From Phoronis australis (lineage: Eukaryota; Animalia; Phoronida), in the NCBI GenBank assembly GCA_002633005.1, contig NMRA01000581.1, positions 158,762 through 222,761 of the forward strand: a stretch of DNA of 64,000 nucleotides, read 5' to 3'. The position numbers were made by a program, and so were the translations under genes. How positions within the stretch are numbered: the stretch's first letter is position 1; every line of letters starts with the position of its first letter. This document shows positions 13,492 through 28,507 of the stretch, piece by piece. The notes under the pieces are model-generated. The model was given only the letters and a program-made list of their open reading frames with translations, was not told the origin of the DNA and made no database searches.

Positions 13492-16472
13492 ACCCATCTA
13501 TTGACTACGCGGGTCAATAAGTGCCCATATCACTTCATCAACTGTTGCACCATGGCGTGGCCAGGAGACCAGTTACACAGATTTGATAACATATCCGTCA
13601 TTTTCCGTACTACGTAATAGTTTGCAGTGACTAATAAGCCTCTCGCGGGTTCCCAACGTGTCGCTAGGTGGTATCCAGCACCCAGGTATCACTTAATTTT
13701 CCTCGGGATTTTTTCACCGGCGTTTCTGATTGGCAAGTCGAATTCTCAACAGGCAGCGCTTTACGCAAACAAACTGGAATGGCTGATGGAGGAAGTGAAA
13801 ATGTGGTTTGTTGTACAGACAAATCGGTGCTTAATTCATGTTCAAGAAATGTGAATTCCAGAAAATTGTGGTTGCGCCTTTTCGGAGTGTTTCTTTCTAC
13901 TGTCACTGACTTTTGTTTAAGATGCTGTCTTTTATTCTCACTTTGTTGTAAAGCCAACCAATGACTGTCGAGGTTACATGAACCAATGATAAAGCGCATG
14001 CTACTGCTACCCGTGTGGTGGTTAGCAGCACGTAGGAAACCAGCAAGTAACAACCCCAGGTGCTTCAACATGTAAGTCACTGTAATAAGTTTATTTTTTC
14101 TCTGTATGTAGTAACGTACACCATGACTTTGTATCGACGCTTTTGCATTGTCCATACTATTGAAGCTTCTCGCAACTAGATTTATAAGGAGATTAAACTC
14201 AGTTTTGGCCTCTACAGAATCTTACTGAGCAGTCTGCGGATTTTGTCAATAACATAAAAACTAAATTTAGCAAAAAGGAAAGGTAAATTGATAACAAAAC
14301 AACGGTACCAATAACTCTAATCAAACTTTGTTTCGTATACAACTGTACGGCTTCAGATGAGATTTCTAAACTATCATCTATACATGTATTTCGTTTTGTG
14401 CAGCTTTAGAATTTTTTCTTGAAAATCATCCGGGTCACTTTGAAATGGACTCCTGGCAGCGTTTTGGAGGACAGTGTATAAAAAAATAGTATCTGAAAAT
14501 GTCATTTGAAACAGATATCAGCAAAAAATTCCCTATCCGGATAACTTAAATAGGGTTTGATAACTCTCTTGAACCTCAAAGCTTAAAGCTTGTTTCCAGC
14601 TGAACACCTTAGTGGTACATATATGGTGATACGCAACGGCCAGGTCTAAGAGGGGTTGAAACACCCAAATATGATTCATTGTACTTTTTTAAGCTTGCGT
14701 ACATCATTAAGTCATGCCACTGTCGTGGAAATCGCCTACACTTCGTGAAGCTGCTCAAAAATAGTTCAGCAAACTTTTACAAGCTAAGAGTAGCTGAAAC
14801 GAAGCCCAGTTTGTTTAAAATCGGTAATAAACTTGCCTAACGTCACAACACTAACTTTTCAATTAGAGAAGTTATTGTCAAGAAATTGGTGTGAAATTGT
14901 TTGCTAGTGAAAAACGGTTTGAAATCAAGTGGAATCTATTATTGCTTGAGATCAGGCGTACGTTCTGTAACACTATTACCTCACGCATTCTCGCGAGGTC
15001 TTGCTTTTTAGAGAGTACCTCGCGTTACTGAACAGTAGGCAGGCTCTACAGGATGATTTTCACGGTGTGTTATTGGATTTTCCGAGCATCGGTTTGCTTC
15101 AATGGCCACCTACCAGTCTAACGCGAAAATTAATTTCTTAGACAAAAATGTGAATCCACGGCCTCTTTAAAAGGTCACTTGGCATTCCCGATATTACAAG
15201 ATAATGCTCTGTTTTTTTCGATTGAAAATACCCGCATATGGTAACATGTGGGGACAATTCCAAAAGTAAGACAATACTCGCAATTGTGGGCTCATGAAGC
15301 AGTTAGGCTGCACTTGACTGACTTCGCCGGTTCTGTCACGTCGACATGTATTTGTTCTGTTAGCCAGAAGTCGTCCAAAATATGTTTAAGGTTATCTCAA
15401 ACCTTATTGCGTGGCCTCCATTCTGACTGGTATATCAAAAACTAAGCTTTGTCGACTTGTAAAAGTATAATATTTTCTGAAAGAAAAAAGATCAGGGAAT
15501 ATATTTTTATATTAATGTAGCATCATTATAATTACTTAAATTCCTTTTTAAATCAAAATTTCAGAATTAAGAAAGGTACATTCATAGCAAAATAACCCCT
15601 TAGTCGATTTTAATTAAACTGTTTTTAATGAAAGCTTGACCAAGTACCTCAAAAACGCTGTTAGGAATTTTCGATTAGTCTATTCGTTTGGTTTCTATGG
15701 CAAACCAACTCGCTAAACGTAAGGTATTTTTGTAGAAAATAGAAGTCGTATTCGTCTTCGTTACATTACGCAAAAACTAGGCATTTATATCAAAAATCCT
15801 AACAGCGTTTTTGAGATTGACGACTAACTATTAAATTTGGAACTTTTCACCGAAATCCATCAAACCGTTTTCGAGAACGTACGTGTAGGAGTCCTAAGTT
15901 TAAATAAAGCCGAGAAAAAAGCCAATTAAACTGGGACGAGTGTAAATCTCAGTCTTCGGTTAATTACAGTCGGTGAAAACTTGTTTTCGGTAAACATACC
16001 CTATACATGCTATTTCAACATTCACCAGCTATGCCAACTGAATTTGCAGTGCATTATTAACTTAATTATCATTACGTACCGTTCCTAGCCACCATTTGGG
16101 ATAAACGTTACTTGTACATGTAGGTCACAGTTCATTGTCATAAATATATCCTGTACACGCCACGTGCAAAGAGACTGATACCAAACCAAGTAAGAAATGG
16201 ATAACAAAAATCGAATCGGTGGTTAAAGCATGTCGTTAGCATGAGATCGGAATTTGGGTGAGGATTTATCTCTTTTCACAATTGTCAGTGTTCGTATAAC
16301 CACAGATGCGTGAGGCGACTGGTACATGTAGCATTCGTTCTCAACGCCAACTATCGTTTGCACTGTTGGTGCACAACTCCATCAGGATCAAAAGTACGTT
16401 TTGTGTTTGTTTTCCACGACACCATTCTATCACAAGTACACCTCGTTGACTCAATATTGTGGCGACTAGGTA

Positions 16473-16834
16473 CCCAGTAAACATGCATGCACTTAGCCAA
16501 TACTGGCCCTGAATTGTCTTCGGTATTGGCCCAATGATGTAGGCCAGTACTGGCACAGTAACATTTTTGCGCACCCTCTTGTATTGAGCCGGTATCAGAC
16601 TGCGATATCGGGCCAGTAAAGGGCCAGTACCAGGCCATTACTGGGCCAACACACCAAAAACCGCTTTCGGTCCTATAAAGGGCCAGTACTGACAGACTGT
16701 GTTGGCCCTGTACAGTGATGGGTTCATATTAAGCCTGTATATTAATTATATTGGCGAAAGTGCAGTGGTTGGCAAGTATTGGACCATTAATGTTGTCTTT
16801 GCAGGCCCAGTGCAGGAATATTACTGTTTGTGAG
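16473..16834. mobile_element. MITE with CCCAG.. termini, flanking TA and ggccagtactgg-type internal repeats (EnSpm/CACTA-like, tentative); paralog at 44898-45259
   Basis: TA|CCCAGTAAACA ... TGTTTGTGGG|TA in the unit C copy; many GGCCAGTA(C/A) repeats in both orientations. Confidence 0.5.
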
Positions 16835-17596
16835 TATGCAAACTTCGTTAAAGACACGACTAGACTTTTTGTTAGCAACGGTTGATACTGGTACCTTCGT
16901 AATTTCGGAACAGTCTCCTTTCTTCTGGTGTGCAGGTATGAAGTAACAAACCGAGAGACATAATAAACAAACAAAAACAGTAGCTTTATTTCGTGACTTC
17001 ATGCATCAGGCAATGAGTAAAATGGACATATACACTGTTTATTTCGGTCAACTAAATACTTTTTACAAAACTGTCTCGGGCTCGTTATTGAAGTGGGCGA
17101 CAACTCCGGCAGTTTCACACAGTCTTCGTCCTCCCTCCCTGTCGACAGCGTTTCGGAATCTGATGCCTGTCTCTTTTACTGTAAAGCTTGCATTAACACT
17201 ACTGTGCTCCTTGATCACAATCCCTGAACAACGCCTGCTTATAGTATATTTGAGTACAAACTAATAGACTCCACTATTCTTTTTCCAATTAAGTTTTGCA
17301 ATATGAGAATTATCTAAAGAAACTGTATACCAATCCAACACGAAACTCATTTGAAATGCATAATCAGTAACATACATGTATATGTTTCATCCTTTGTCAA
17401 CACAAGTATTACAGCCGGTTGTCGTATTTCAGTTTCTTGTAATAAATATTTTCAGAAGCGACTTTTTATTCATTCTATTTCTTCTCAAAATGTCTATTTC
17501 GTTACCATTTAAAGATCCTTAAAAATACTTCACAGTCTATAACAAAAAAGTCTCATGAGCATCGATTGACGGTTTTGCTGTGTGGGGGTGACCTTT

Positions 17597-18051
17597 TCAG
17601 CTTTGTCCCCAAGCCTCAAGATGGCACTGATCGGTTAGCCACTTGAGGCTTGGTTATGGGAATTACCATCTGCGCAATGATTGACCGATGCCCTGACGTC
17701 ATTCAAACAAAGGTAGATTGTAATTATTTTCACATTGGAGCCATTCATACGACACAAGGCATTGTTATAGTTATTGTCTGACATAAAGGTTGTAATTATT
17801 TTCAAGTCTTATGTATGAGTAGTATTAATCTGTTTTCGAATCAAAAAACATCATTTTTGCAATAATTTAGACCTAAAATGCTGTAATATACCGTTAGTTT
17901 TCATTTTTATATAAAGCTGCAGAAAATTTCCGAAATTAGTCGTGATATTTTGGCAATTTCCGTAAAAATTCTGGCACATTTCATTTCCCGTAACCCAGCC
18001 TCAAGTGGCTTAACTGATCAGCGCCATCTTGAGGCTTGGAAACGAGGCTGA
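17597..18051. mobile_element. Unclassified MITE with ~65-bp TIRs; paralog 46045-50002 is interrupted by a Sola3 element
   Basis: tcagctttgtccccaagcctcaagatggcactgatcggttagccacttgaggcttggttatgggaa mirrors ttcccgtaacccagcctcaagtggcttaactgatcagcgccatcttgaggcttggaaacgaggctga. Confidence 0.75.
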
Positions 18052-21000
18052 GTGCCCCTTACATTGTACGATGCCGCGCGTGCACAAGGTCAGCAAAGTT
18101 GTCGAAGAAGTAAACACAGCAACAAAACGGAGATTGTTTACGTTTCATAGGATCACCAATGGCCCGCATTGCTTTGGATTTTGATGTTTGCGACACTAAC
18201 AAGAGATAGCACGGAGGTTGTTTGAAACCCCGAAAATAAGGAAAAAACATCTTTTTGAGCTCGTGTATACCACTAAGCTATACCAAGAACTACATATCCC
18301 TTGTTGATGCTTGGTAACAGGCATTACATACTGAATGTTCCAAACGGGTCCCAGAATTCGCCTGGAGCATGCGTGGTCTCTAGCAATAACGAAATGTCAG
18401 TTTTTTGCAAGACTGAAAACTGATTTTCATCTGGTTACGGAATAAGTTGAGACTTATTCTACAACGTTATCCGAAGTAGTTTTTAGCAAAAATAAGTTTT
18501 GTTCGAGCGAAAGCGGGTTCGTAGCCGGTTTAAAACGATCACTTGACATTGCTGTACATAGGCCTACCTGCACGTGGTAACATTCGTGGATATTGGGGGA
18601 ATTCTGGGTACTACATGTAAATATCATTAAGTTACATGTAATATACTCTAGTGTTGGCTCACGAAGGAATTGATCAACTCCGTCGGTTCTGACCGGTCAA
18701 CCGGTTTCGACATGTGACTGCTCTGTAAGCAGAAAATTGACGCCTTAGGTGGTTGACCGGGCGGAACCGGCGAAGTCTATTAAGTGCAGCCCGGCATGTG
18801 TTACAGAATCGAGTCAAGGTTTTCCTACCTAAACAGGTACTGTCATGCTATCTAACTTTGTGCAGGGAACCAGTCTGTAAAATGTTCAGTGCAAATCGTA
18901 ATGGAGGCTGTGTCACGAGTTGTTCTCTCGTTTTGCGTTTGAAAAACCAGTTGCGTACATGTATATGTACGTAGTTTCACCTTTTCACGGGTTGTACTAT
19001 ATCTGAAAATATGAGGAACGTAGCAATGTATTGGATCAAAGAATACAAGTGTCAAACAAAGCAAAATATAACTGATTCCAAAATGTTTCCATGTTTTACG
19101 ATTGCCACAAATGATTGCAGCTGGCCACTCCATGAAAACGAACAAATTTACACAACTATAAGCTAAATTTGTATTTGAAGGGTAAACCTCTCAGTCATTT
19201 TTACGTGAGGTATGTGACTACTACAACCTGGAGAAAATTTACAATGATTAATTGGATTTTGAGAGGTTCCAGGCAAGGTGGTCTTCTTTTTTGCCTAACT
19301 AGCTTTTATAGGGTCCGATAATGTTCGTAATTTGTTTGATGTACACTTAACTAGATTAATCATATTGCTGTACAACTATGTACTGGTTGGTTGAGTTAAT
19401 AAATGTTACATCATGAAAAAAACCCTTTCTCTTCACTGTAATGTATACTGCACAAGGCAACGGCTGTGAAAATTTTCTATGTTTAATATCTATTGAATAC
19501 CCCATGTATGTATACCTGTATTTTTAAATTGAAAGCACCACTACTGTGTGAACTGTTTTGCCGGGGTTTCGATGTAAATGGACTTGTTTGTTGACTGTTA
19601 TATTGCCTGCATTTAACCTCGTTTTCGCCATAAGCGAATCTGGTCTGAAGATTTCTTCGGAAATTCGTTTAGTTTGGGATACTAGTTAATATTAATATCA
19701 TAGAAATCTAGGAATGGAATGTCAACTTTGATCTCGCGCAACTGATGTTACGCTGCGCATGCGTGGCAGCATTCTTTTGGGTGCTACCACTGCCTCGCCC
19801 ATAGGCGTAACCTAAAGCCATCTGGACGTATTTCAATAATTTCGGAAGTTTGCAAATTTCCTTAAGATATATCCATATGGTCAAAAACTTGAGTTGTAGT
19901 ACGATTCAAAGATCCTGTGCCATTGACATTTAAAGGAGAATGCCACCCGATTTCACTAGTCTTTTTACGTCCTAATCGGTCTATATCCACACCGCCTCTT
20001 ATACAGTCGACCTCACCTTGCCGAGAGGTGTCGTGTTAACCTGTGAGGAAGGTGAGAAAGGACACAGCGACGTCAGTGGTTCATCTACATAGATAATGCC
20101 GCATCGTTCCCGCTTGTCCGAACTATGAAGCTGCGAAGAAAGCGGGTATAGACCTAACTCGCGCGGAGGACATTAAAATCCAAAGCGAGGCTCAGTGCGA
20201 TAAATAAAGCGGAAGTTGACATTGCGTGAGTTAAATGGCCTGCCTTTCGAGTCCAACCTGGATATTAAATCGTACAAATGTGTCAATAATTAACTACAGA
20301 GAAGTAGAAAAATACATTAGAGAGCAAGTCAATGTACAAAAGAGTTGTCTGACGAAAGGGTATATTTTTTTCGGAAAGCTAGTTTCGAATCATGAAAAAG
20401 TAAACATGACCAAATTGCGGCGATCGTAGTGTTACGGATTAGGTATTACGGTGAATGTAGGGTTACGTTTCTTCCTGTAAATTGTTGATAATGCTTTCCA
20501 CACGAACCAGGTCATCTGCTCGTATTGTTGACCAGTTGAAGATAGATTCCGCAGTGGTGGCTCATCATATTTTGCTGCGATGTGCAATTAGTCACATCTG
20601 GTTTAATGTTTTGATCAAGCATAGCCTAGGTCCAGGTGAGGGAGGGACTACCGGGACTAATAGTTGATTTGTCATTGATCTGACAGAATAATTGATTTTA
20701 TCAAATATATTATTTATTAAAATATATAACCAGTCTTGTAATTGAATACAAAAATTATTCGAAAATCAATTCTGTTTTCTTGGTTTTAATAATTCTTACG
20801 TCTATTTGATGTGTTAGGTTTCAAATATCAATCTGGACCAAGTTGAATTTTAAAATCAAAACACCTAATTCGTTCGTCTAAAGCACAATCTTGATTTAGA
20901 GCTCAATTTCAGTTAACTTGACAGAGCAAGCATAGTTATCATGTTTCTTCAGGGGCCTCGTTATCCGAGGGGAAAGGTGCCTATGCCTTCAGTGAGAGGC

Positions 21001-21374
21001 GAATTTTTTCGCCGAGTGATGGGAAAATCTATCCCCCGGTCACCATCAATAGCACCCCGAAAGTTCTCATAGGCCCTGTCTCAAGTAGCATTTTCTGCTC
21101 GTTCAAATTGTCACCTGTGTGGTTAGGTGATTTGATCTTCGAAGAGAAATTTTCAATCATCAGAATTTTTTTAACTCCGGTGGGGAAGGATTTCGCGTGA
21201 ATTTTAAATATTTTTGAGAGAGGAATAGGGAGGATGTTCAGCCCCAAAATCGAGAGATTGAGGGCCCTGTCCTTTATTGAAAGAAAAATGCATAATGTTC
21301 CAACCTGGAGTCTTGAAAACACAGCCTGGCTGGCCGAAGATTCTCCGGTTGTTGCTATGATGCTCGGCAACCGA

Positions 21375-21515
21375 GAAGTGCGACAAAATGTGATCTAAAT
21401 TTTCGAAAACATTTATAAATTTTACACGGACATATTTCCCTTCGTTGCGGCGTCTGGCAACGACCCAACGCTTTCGAATCTCAACGTCCTTATTAGGGAT
21501 TGTAAAACAGACAGT
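21375..21515 (-). pseudogene. Decayed THAP-like zinc-finger fragment
   Basis: Translates as CFTIPNKDVEIRKRWVVARRRNEGKY...LSHF, resembling the THAP F-x-x-P-K-D...R-x-x-W...HF core. Confidence 0.5.
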
Positions 21516-22999
21516 TGAATGGCCGTGTTCTATCCGTTCGAGCTACGCAAAATACCACTACCGTATTCGCCGTAATAACCGCCCATGCCCCTACAAGCGC
21601 CCTTCCCCCACGCGTTTTCAGACTTTGTTGAAATAAGCGCCCATTCCATGAATGTGTACATGCGAACAATGACGTACTTACAGTCCTAAAACTCGGCTAC
21701 AGTAACGTCTACAATTTATCGAAAATTTGTGTACGGGTCTTCTTGACCACCAGCGGCACACCTACTGTACGTTTGTATTTAGCAGTTACTTTACACTTCA
21801 AAGTAACGCAGCGCTTCAAAGGGAACGCAACAGCGTTGCTACGCTCTCGCGACGACCGTGTCCCACTATGGCCTGACCTTTCAGTAGACACATCGACTGT
21901 CTCATGAATAAAAATAACTCGGTAATAAACGCACGTGGCCAGGAAGCGCGCGCTACATATATGAACCTGTCATCAAAGACATTAGTCGGGAACTATCCAT
22001 TCATGAAACGGGTAGCATAGCATCGATAAGAAATGAATATTGGCACTAATTTCCGACAATTTCTAATACTATAAAACATGTTTGCGTTATTTTTGAGATG
22101 GATTGTTTGATTAACCATAATTGTTGCTTTTAAGCCGAATATCCGATAAAATGACAACTGACAGTGAATGCTTACACACCATTACACCGAAAAATAACTG
22201 TCAGATACTTACGTACGCATCCACCTACACGGCGACTAATATGGGCCTTACCGAGACAAATGTCGAAAGTTTTTAGCACGAGATCGGCAAGTACTGAATG
22301 AAACACGCTCTGGTTTAGGCCTACTGCTTGTGCAAATTTCTTTAGACACATGTAACAGTAGCTAGTAAGATTGCGTGGCTCGGGCCAAAAGACGGTCTCT
22401 GCTTTGGCAAATGAACTCTGGTGACACGCACGCGCTCGCTTACTCGCAGACGAACTTCAAAACAAAGTCACGTGACGACAACATGTGTGTTCGTTCAGCA
22501 AAGACGCAAACGCGACCCAGTGGCAAAATAACCTTTTTTACTCTCGCGACATCAAGCGACCAGATAGCGGTTTGATGACATGCGTGTTAAAAGAATGACC
22601 CGAGTTTTCACAAGTGGAGGAGTATTTCATATAGGAAGTAAACACTTGCGGAGGTCGGTTTTCAAATTACACTGCATTTATATTCTTTGATAATTTTGTA
22701 AAGGTGCAAACAAAAATACTCCAAGTATATGGCCTTTGTGCTTATGATATACTTCGCATTTTGCCTAATATAACATTCGGCATAAGTAATTGGCTTGTAA
22801 ATTGCACACTTTATCTATTCATCAGTCTTACACAGTCGGTCACAAAGCCGATGTTTTGTTTATTTGACGCTGCATGGTTGTCAATACTTGCATTTGAAGA
22901 CAATGTGTTCATCAGATTTTGAATTTGTCAATGCCCCAATAACATGCAGTGCTGCGAGCACAAACCAATTTGCAAATGTGAGGAACTGGCCGTACTAAT

Positions 23000-23333
23000 C
23001 AGTGGCGGATCTATGATACCATGGCATAAGGGAGGGGGTCAACATGTTGCCTCGGGAAATTGTGCAAGGTGCGATTGGCAATTGCACGTGCGTAGGCGGC
23101 TCAAAAGGTGAGGGAGCCAGCCTGTGGAGGTGCACCTTTCGTTCAGGAAAATCTACCATTCGAAGGAGCAGCCACTACGCGGCAACCTGGACGTTCACCG
23201 CTACCGGTCCTACTTCCTGGACTCAATATTTCCTCACGCTCCGCTCTGTTGCTCTTTCATTTCGCTTGCGGCAGCTAACGGGGGGAAGGGGGGAGCGGGG
23301 CGGGCCCCCCTGGGCCCCTTAAATCCACCTATG
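23000..23333. mobile_element. hAT-type MITE with 5-bp TSD (CTAAT); paralog 58093-58418
   Basis: CTAAT|CAGTGGCGGAT ... ATCC(A/G)CCT(A/G)TG|CTAAT, with G/C-run subterminal sequence. Confidence 0.7.
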
Positions 23334-25019
23334 CTAATTCCCGTGAATTCTTAAGGTGTTTCTTAAGTCAAGAGGTAGTTCTTGTTGGTAAATGGAAATG
23401 TAATCCTATCAAGGTAAAAACTATAAGAACATTTTATAAGCGTAAAGCGAGGTCTTATTTCATTTCTTACAGCTAAGTGGTGTGCAATGAAGCCTAAAGT
23501 CAAAAATAGAATGTACATGTAGGCTAATTTCAACATTCTGAACACCAATAAAACTTAGTGTAAGAAGAAATATTGCATTTACCATCAGACAAAACAACAT
23601 AGAATTTGTAGTTTGCAGGTGATTCATTTTATTTTACATTGCGTCATGACACATAAGAACTATCTTTAAGGATCTTTATTTCTAGATATACAATATTAGT
23701 TAGCATTGATGAGACTTATTCAAAGCAGGCACCTGCAGAACAAACGAAGTCTCAAACAACTGAGGAAGAATAAAAATGATCATTGAATAATTTGAAATAA
23801 AAATCTCATACACACTGAATAGAGGACTATAGTCGGATATGGCATAACCTGACTTTTGAGAACCAGTTTGATGCCTATTACTCAGTGGAGAAACTAGTTC
23901 ACAAAATGCGCCACATCTGACTTAACCCTGTGTCTTATCCACGTGCAACTCACAATTTTCAACCTGTTGCAACATTTTGAGTGCAAATACAAATTTCGAA
24001 ATACATATTTTACAAATGTTAGACTTTATTATTTAGAAAGACAATGATGCCCACTATAGTGTACATTTTCAGAAAAAATTGTTTTGCAATACAAATAATT
24101 ACGTGCACACAGCTAAGAGAATGGCAAGTCAATGGGTAACTTGTTATTAAATAGGTGTAGCTTATAAATGAATGCCCCTCTGACTGACATCTCAAATAAA
24201 GTTAAACTTGTTTTTTATTGAACAACATACTTTTCCTTGTTCTGTGGATGTTGCTAAAGAGGGCTTCAAGCTATGCATTCAGCAGTGCAGTGATTGCTCA
24301 AAACAACCAACCACCTCCCAAATGAACAACCCATCCCCTCAAAACAGATGTATTTTTATCCTAAAATATAATTACAAATAATTTACACCAAAACAACAGC
24401 AACACTGAGTACTGAGAATGGATGTTTATTGTTATCAAATATTGACTACTACTTGATGCAGAGTATGTTATAGAACATCATCAGTTGTGTTGTTGTCAAT
24501 ACTTTCCAACATTTGAGCACTTTGGAAATAAACTGGCATCTAAACTGATGCGAAAATAATAAATAAGACCAGTAGGCGACGCAATACAACTGATCCATCT
24601 GAAAATAAAATAACTACTGTAAATTTACAATGATTGGTGAAATGCCTATAGATAAACAGTAATTATTAAACAACATTTTGTCAATGTTTAGTAGTAAACC
24701 CTGAATTCCTAACCCAGGTTCTTAGGAGTTTAAAACATCACCAATATAGTTCTTGAGTCATTTGAATCGGGAATAGATCATTTTCACGTGTTAGTACCAA
24801 GCAGGCCAATTGTAAAATACAGTCAACATCAAAGAGAAGCTGCAAACAAAAAGACTATTCCAAATCCTTAGAACAGCAACTAGATGAAAAAATACATAGT
24901 ACTCACAACGTAAACACCAAGGAAAATATGATGAATTGTGAATTGCAACCCACAACTTAACACAGGCAAAAAATTCCAGTGCTGTCCCCATCGAAACCAT
25001 TTGCAATACATATTATGCA

Positions 25020-25256
25020 GTCACGCAGATATAATTCAAAGTATATGAAGAAATGCCTACACAAAAGTTGGCGAAGGCAGTATCTATTGAAGCATGGTGT
25101 GTAATCCACGTACATGTAGTACAAGTTGCCGTCCGTCAATGTCACCATCTTAACCAGTGACTCCAGATGGTCTGTGTTGTACGTACATGATGCATCTGCA
25201 TCCCTTTTAAAATGTAGGTGAAGAAACAGACTGTACAAACTAGGACACAAAACCTG
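25020..25256 (-). pseudogene. Possible decayed homolog of the PHD-like ORF at 54778
   Basis: LCPS...VKMVTLTDGNLY[YM]YVDYTPCFNRYCL resembles RCVVC...FVTTLVNGDIYLRCYNCHRYCHL; contains a TACATGTA footprint and has lost several ligands. Confidence 0.35.
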
Positions 25257-28200
25257 AGCAGAATGACACTATCAATTCAAAACAAACACAAAGTGTGAGT
25301 GGGATTACCTCAGGAAACACTAGCAAAAAGAAAAATTGCCTATCAAGAATGTGGTGAACTACAGTGGAGATTGTGCAAGTCATTGAAGCTAGCTAAGCAA
25401 GGAATTGATCATATGCATGTGGCAGTAGGTCACTAGTACATTATATGTTACCGTACATACTTATGAATACAAAATAACTATATCATATCTTGAATTCACT
25501 TTGAAGAAGGACATTTCAGATTAAATGAGGATTAGGATAAGGCATTTGTGCAAGCATACCCAGAGCAGTCAAGTTACAGGATTTTGTACAGGAAAGTCAT
25601 TGTGTACACTGAGTTGTAGTTGCCATTGCTTTCAAAGTCTTCAAGAAATGTCTTGTTAGTGTTCCAATAGAGACTGTGCACATAAAAAGGAATGTGGATC
25701 TATAGTGAAATACATACTTTCCAGGACTTGAATCTGATTTGATGTTGTGTCTCAAGGTCGCACTCACATGTGCATATGTATATGGGATAATGCAGGTTAT
25801 TAGCAAAGGCACTACAGATGAAGGAGTTAATTGAAAGCAAGAAGTTTAAGGATAGGCACAATATGCAGTGTGGTATATTAAGGCACTAGCAGGTATTCAT
25901 TCGGTCACACACAAATTTACCTGACTGTCAGCTGTAAAATGAACGAACACTTGTATATTATTAGTCAGCATTTCCTCACTGACCAATTATAACCTAAACA
26001 CCGTACCTCTACATGAAACGTACTAACAAATACAGTGTATCTGATCGATTTAATGACAAAAAATGTGTAGGTAAAAATTGAATTTCATTATACAACTGGT
26101 TTCCTCTAACTTCATTTCTTCTATGATACTAAATTATATATATATCTAAAGTAAATCACATATGCCATCCACATACAACCTTACTCTAGAACAAGTAACT
26201 ACTGGAACGCGTTGTAGCTATGTTTTACGGTTGCGTGGATGCTATTCAAACTAGTCCAGCTTACTCAACTACTGACAATTTACTCTTCGAGGTAGGGTAA
26301 CTTGCTCTGGGGTACCTTGTGCCACTTCTAAATTTTTGAGTGATAGCAAATCTGGGGCAAAGGGGAAGTATTGTCATGTGTGGTTACGTACAGGAGAGTT
26401 TCCTTTTGTGTCTCATATTCGTATCTGCTGTTCACTGTCATGCACAGAGCGNCGGAAATATCATTGTGTTATTGGCATATTTCATCAAAGACAACAAGGC
26501 AATAGAGATGACAAAATAAATGTATTTCCCAGAGCACCACTTACTAAATTCAACTACTTACTTATCCAAACGGGGCAGAAGGGACGATACAAATTAATGT
26601 AGATCCATGCTTGATGGTCGTGTGCAGTCGTCATCAGGTGGTGTTTCTTTGCTATGTCGTTCGTCCCCGCATGAAGAAGTACCGGAATTTAATTTTTTTC
26701 TGAGACGTCAGTCTCTAACAACGAAAAAAGAGAAATCACAGTGTTAACAAACTTCAGTCAACTTTTGAAAAACGTGCAGCAAAGAAATCAAGCATTTACC
26801 TCTCATCAATGACTTCAACTTTGAACTTCTTCTGCTTTATGCTAGTAACAGAACATAACTAGGAACATCAAAAAATCAAAACCCAAGAATTAGGTTGATC
26901 ATTGAGTTTATACTTTTAATAAAGAATCACTCCTCGAGTTAATGGTAGTTTTCTTTATGTTATTTGCTGGTAATGGAAAGAGTTTTCCGTGTTAGCAAGA
27001 ACAAGCTTTAAAAACTGAAATAAAAGGCAATATTTAATTTCCGGTTTTAAGCCACTTATACAGGATGAAATTTACCTTTAATACTGCTGTAGTGTTAAAC
27101 ATACCATCCAAGCCAAAACTTACAAATTGTCCACTATGTACTTCCAAGTCGATGCTAATGGTTCTGTTGCTCTTGATGTACTTGAGAATACTGTGATCAC
27201 CTTTACCTGGAATAAATAAGTTAAGTGTTTGTAATAGAATCAATTGTTTCTATGACAAACTAATAACATTTAACAAAATTTGCAACAGTGTAACTGTGAA
27301 AGCCATTAAGTATTCCAAGCTATATTAAAAAACTAATGATTACTTTTCTCTTTGTTATCAAAACATAAGACATAGAAGTCTCCCAAATTATACTAGAAGC
27401 ATGAGTACACTAAATTTTTTTCAATCAGCTGCTCATGAATTCTTCACAACTCTGTCAATGTAACAGTTGCGACAACTCTCAGATATTGCTTTAAAACCCA
27501 AGCTCATACGTGTACTCCCTCTGTTGGTAGATAAGCCACCTCATCCTGGCTCTGAACTACATGTATATCGTATACGTGTAAATATTTGTATATAGTCCCA
27601 TTGTTGAAAACTATCACTTGTGCTAATGTTAACTAGTTATATCTTAAACCCAAACTTAAATAAATTTTACAAATGACAGTCCACTGTTACCTAAATTCCA
27701 ATACAACCTGTTTGTGGACTGTAAAATACTTTGGCCAATTAAGTCATGTACAGTTACCACTGAGAGACTGCCAGATCTTTGCAAGATCAAAGGGCAGGCA
27801 ATAAGTGGCCTAAATCACAATTTACATGTAGTTTTTTCAACAAACCCCAGAATTGGTAATTGTTGGTATAGGTAAAACGTATATTATAAATCAGGGTCTG
27901 GGTAGATACAACAAAAGAGACATTAGCACAAGTGCTACTTACAAATAGAAAATACATGTTTAGAAATAATTTACAGAGAGGTACATATGGAAGGAGACAT
28001 ACATGTGACAAAACATACATTACAATGTATACAAGCCATAGACAAAAACCTAATGGTTGAGTTGTAAACATACTTCCAGTGAATTTTACGAGTCTCTGTT
28101 AGCCACTGAATGGTTAGCACCAGTTTTATCAGGGTTACGGTTCGATACCCTGAGGTTGGGCAAACTCGGCTATAACTACATTTACAATTGCCAACATGAT

Positions 28201-28473
28201 GCAAAACACATGACACAACACTGAAACGGTTCTGGCACAATGTAACATAATTGATGCAGGCAACAACATGTTCCAGAGAAACACTTCAACTAAGATGTAA
28301 TAATTTTATGGACTTACCCTCATTCTCATTTGATAATTTATTGCAGTTCAAGCGTCTGGAAGTCTGCAACCAAACTTATGAGTTACTGGAACACTTAATT
28401 AATATGAAAATTAATACCTAACGAACGGTTACTAAGTCTAAGGTTACAAAACAATTTTCCCAGTACTCTAGAC

Positions 28474-28507
28474 CATAGACATCTTAATACACTATCTGAT
28501 GTCTATG
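28474..28507. mobile_element. 34-bp P-element-type excision footprint or minimal element with 8-bp TSD
   Basis: CTCTAGAC|CATAGACATC-ttaatacactatct-GATGTCTATG|CTCTAGAC. Confidence 0.75.

Noticed and set aside
13664-14155. 163-aa ORF upstream of gene B
   Set aside because: No recognisable motif, and the paralogous region in unit C is broken by indels.
16480-16720. CRISPR-like short repeats (ggccagtactgg)
   Set aside because: Irregular spacing, both orientations, no unique spacers or cas genes, and a eukaryotic context; better explained as MITE internal repeats.
18059-19145. Short ORFs recurring in units A, B and C
   Set aside because: Frames are not maintained among copies and no domain was recognised; recurrence reflects segmental duplication.
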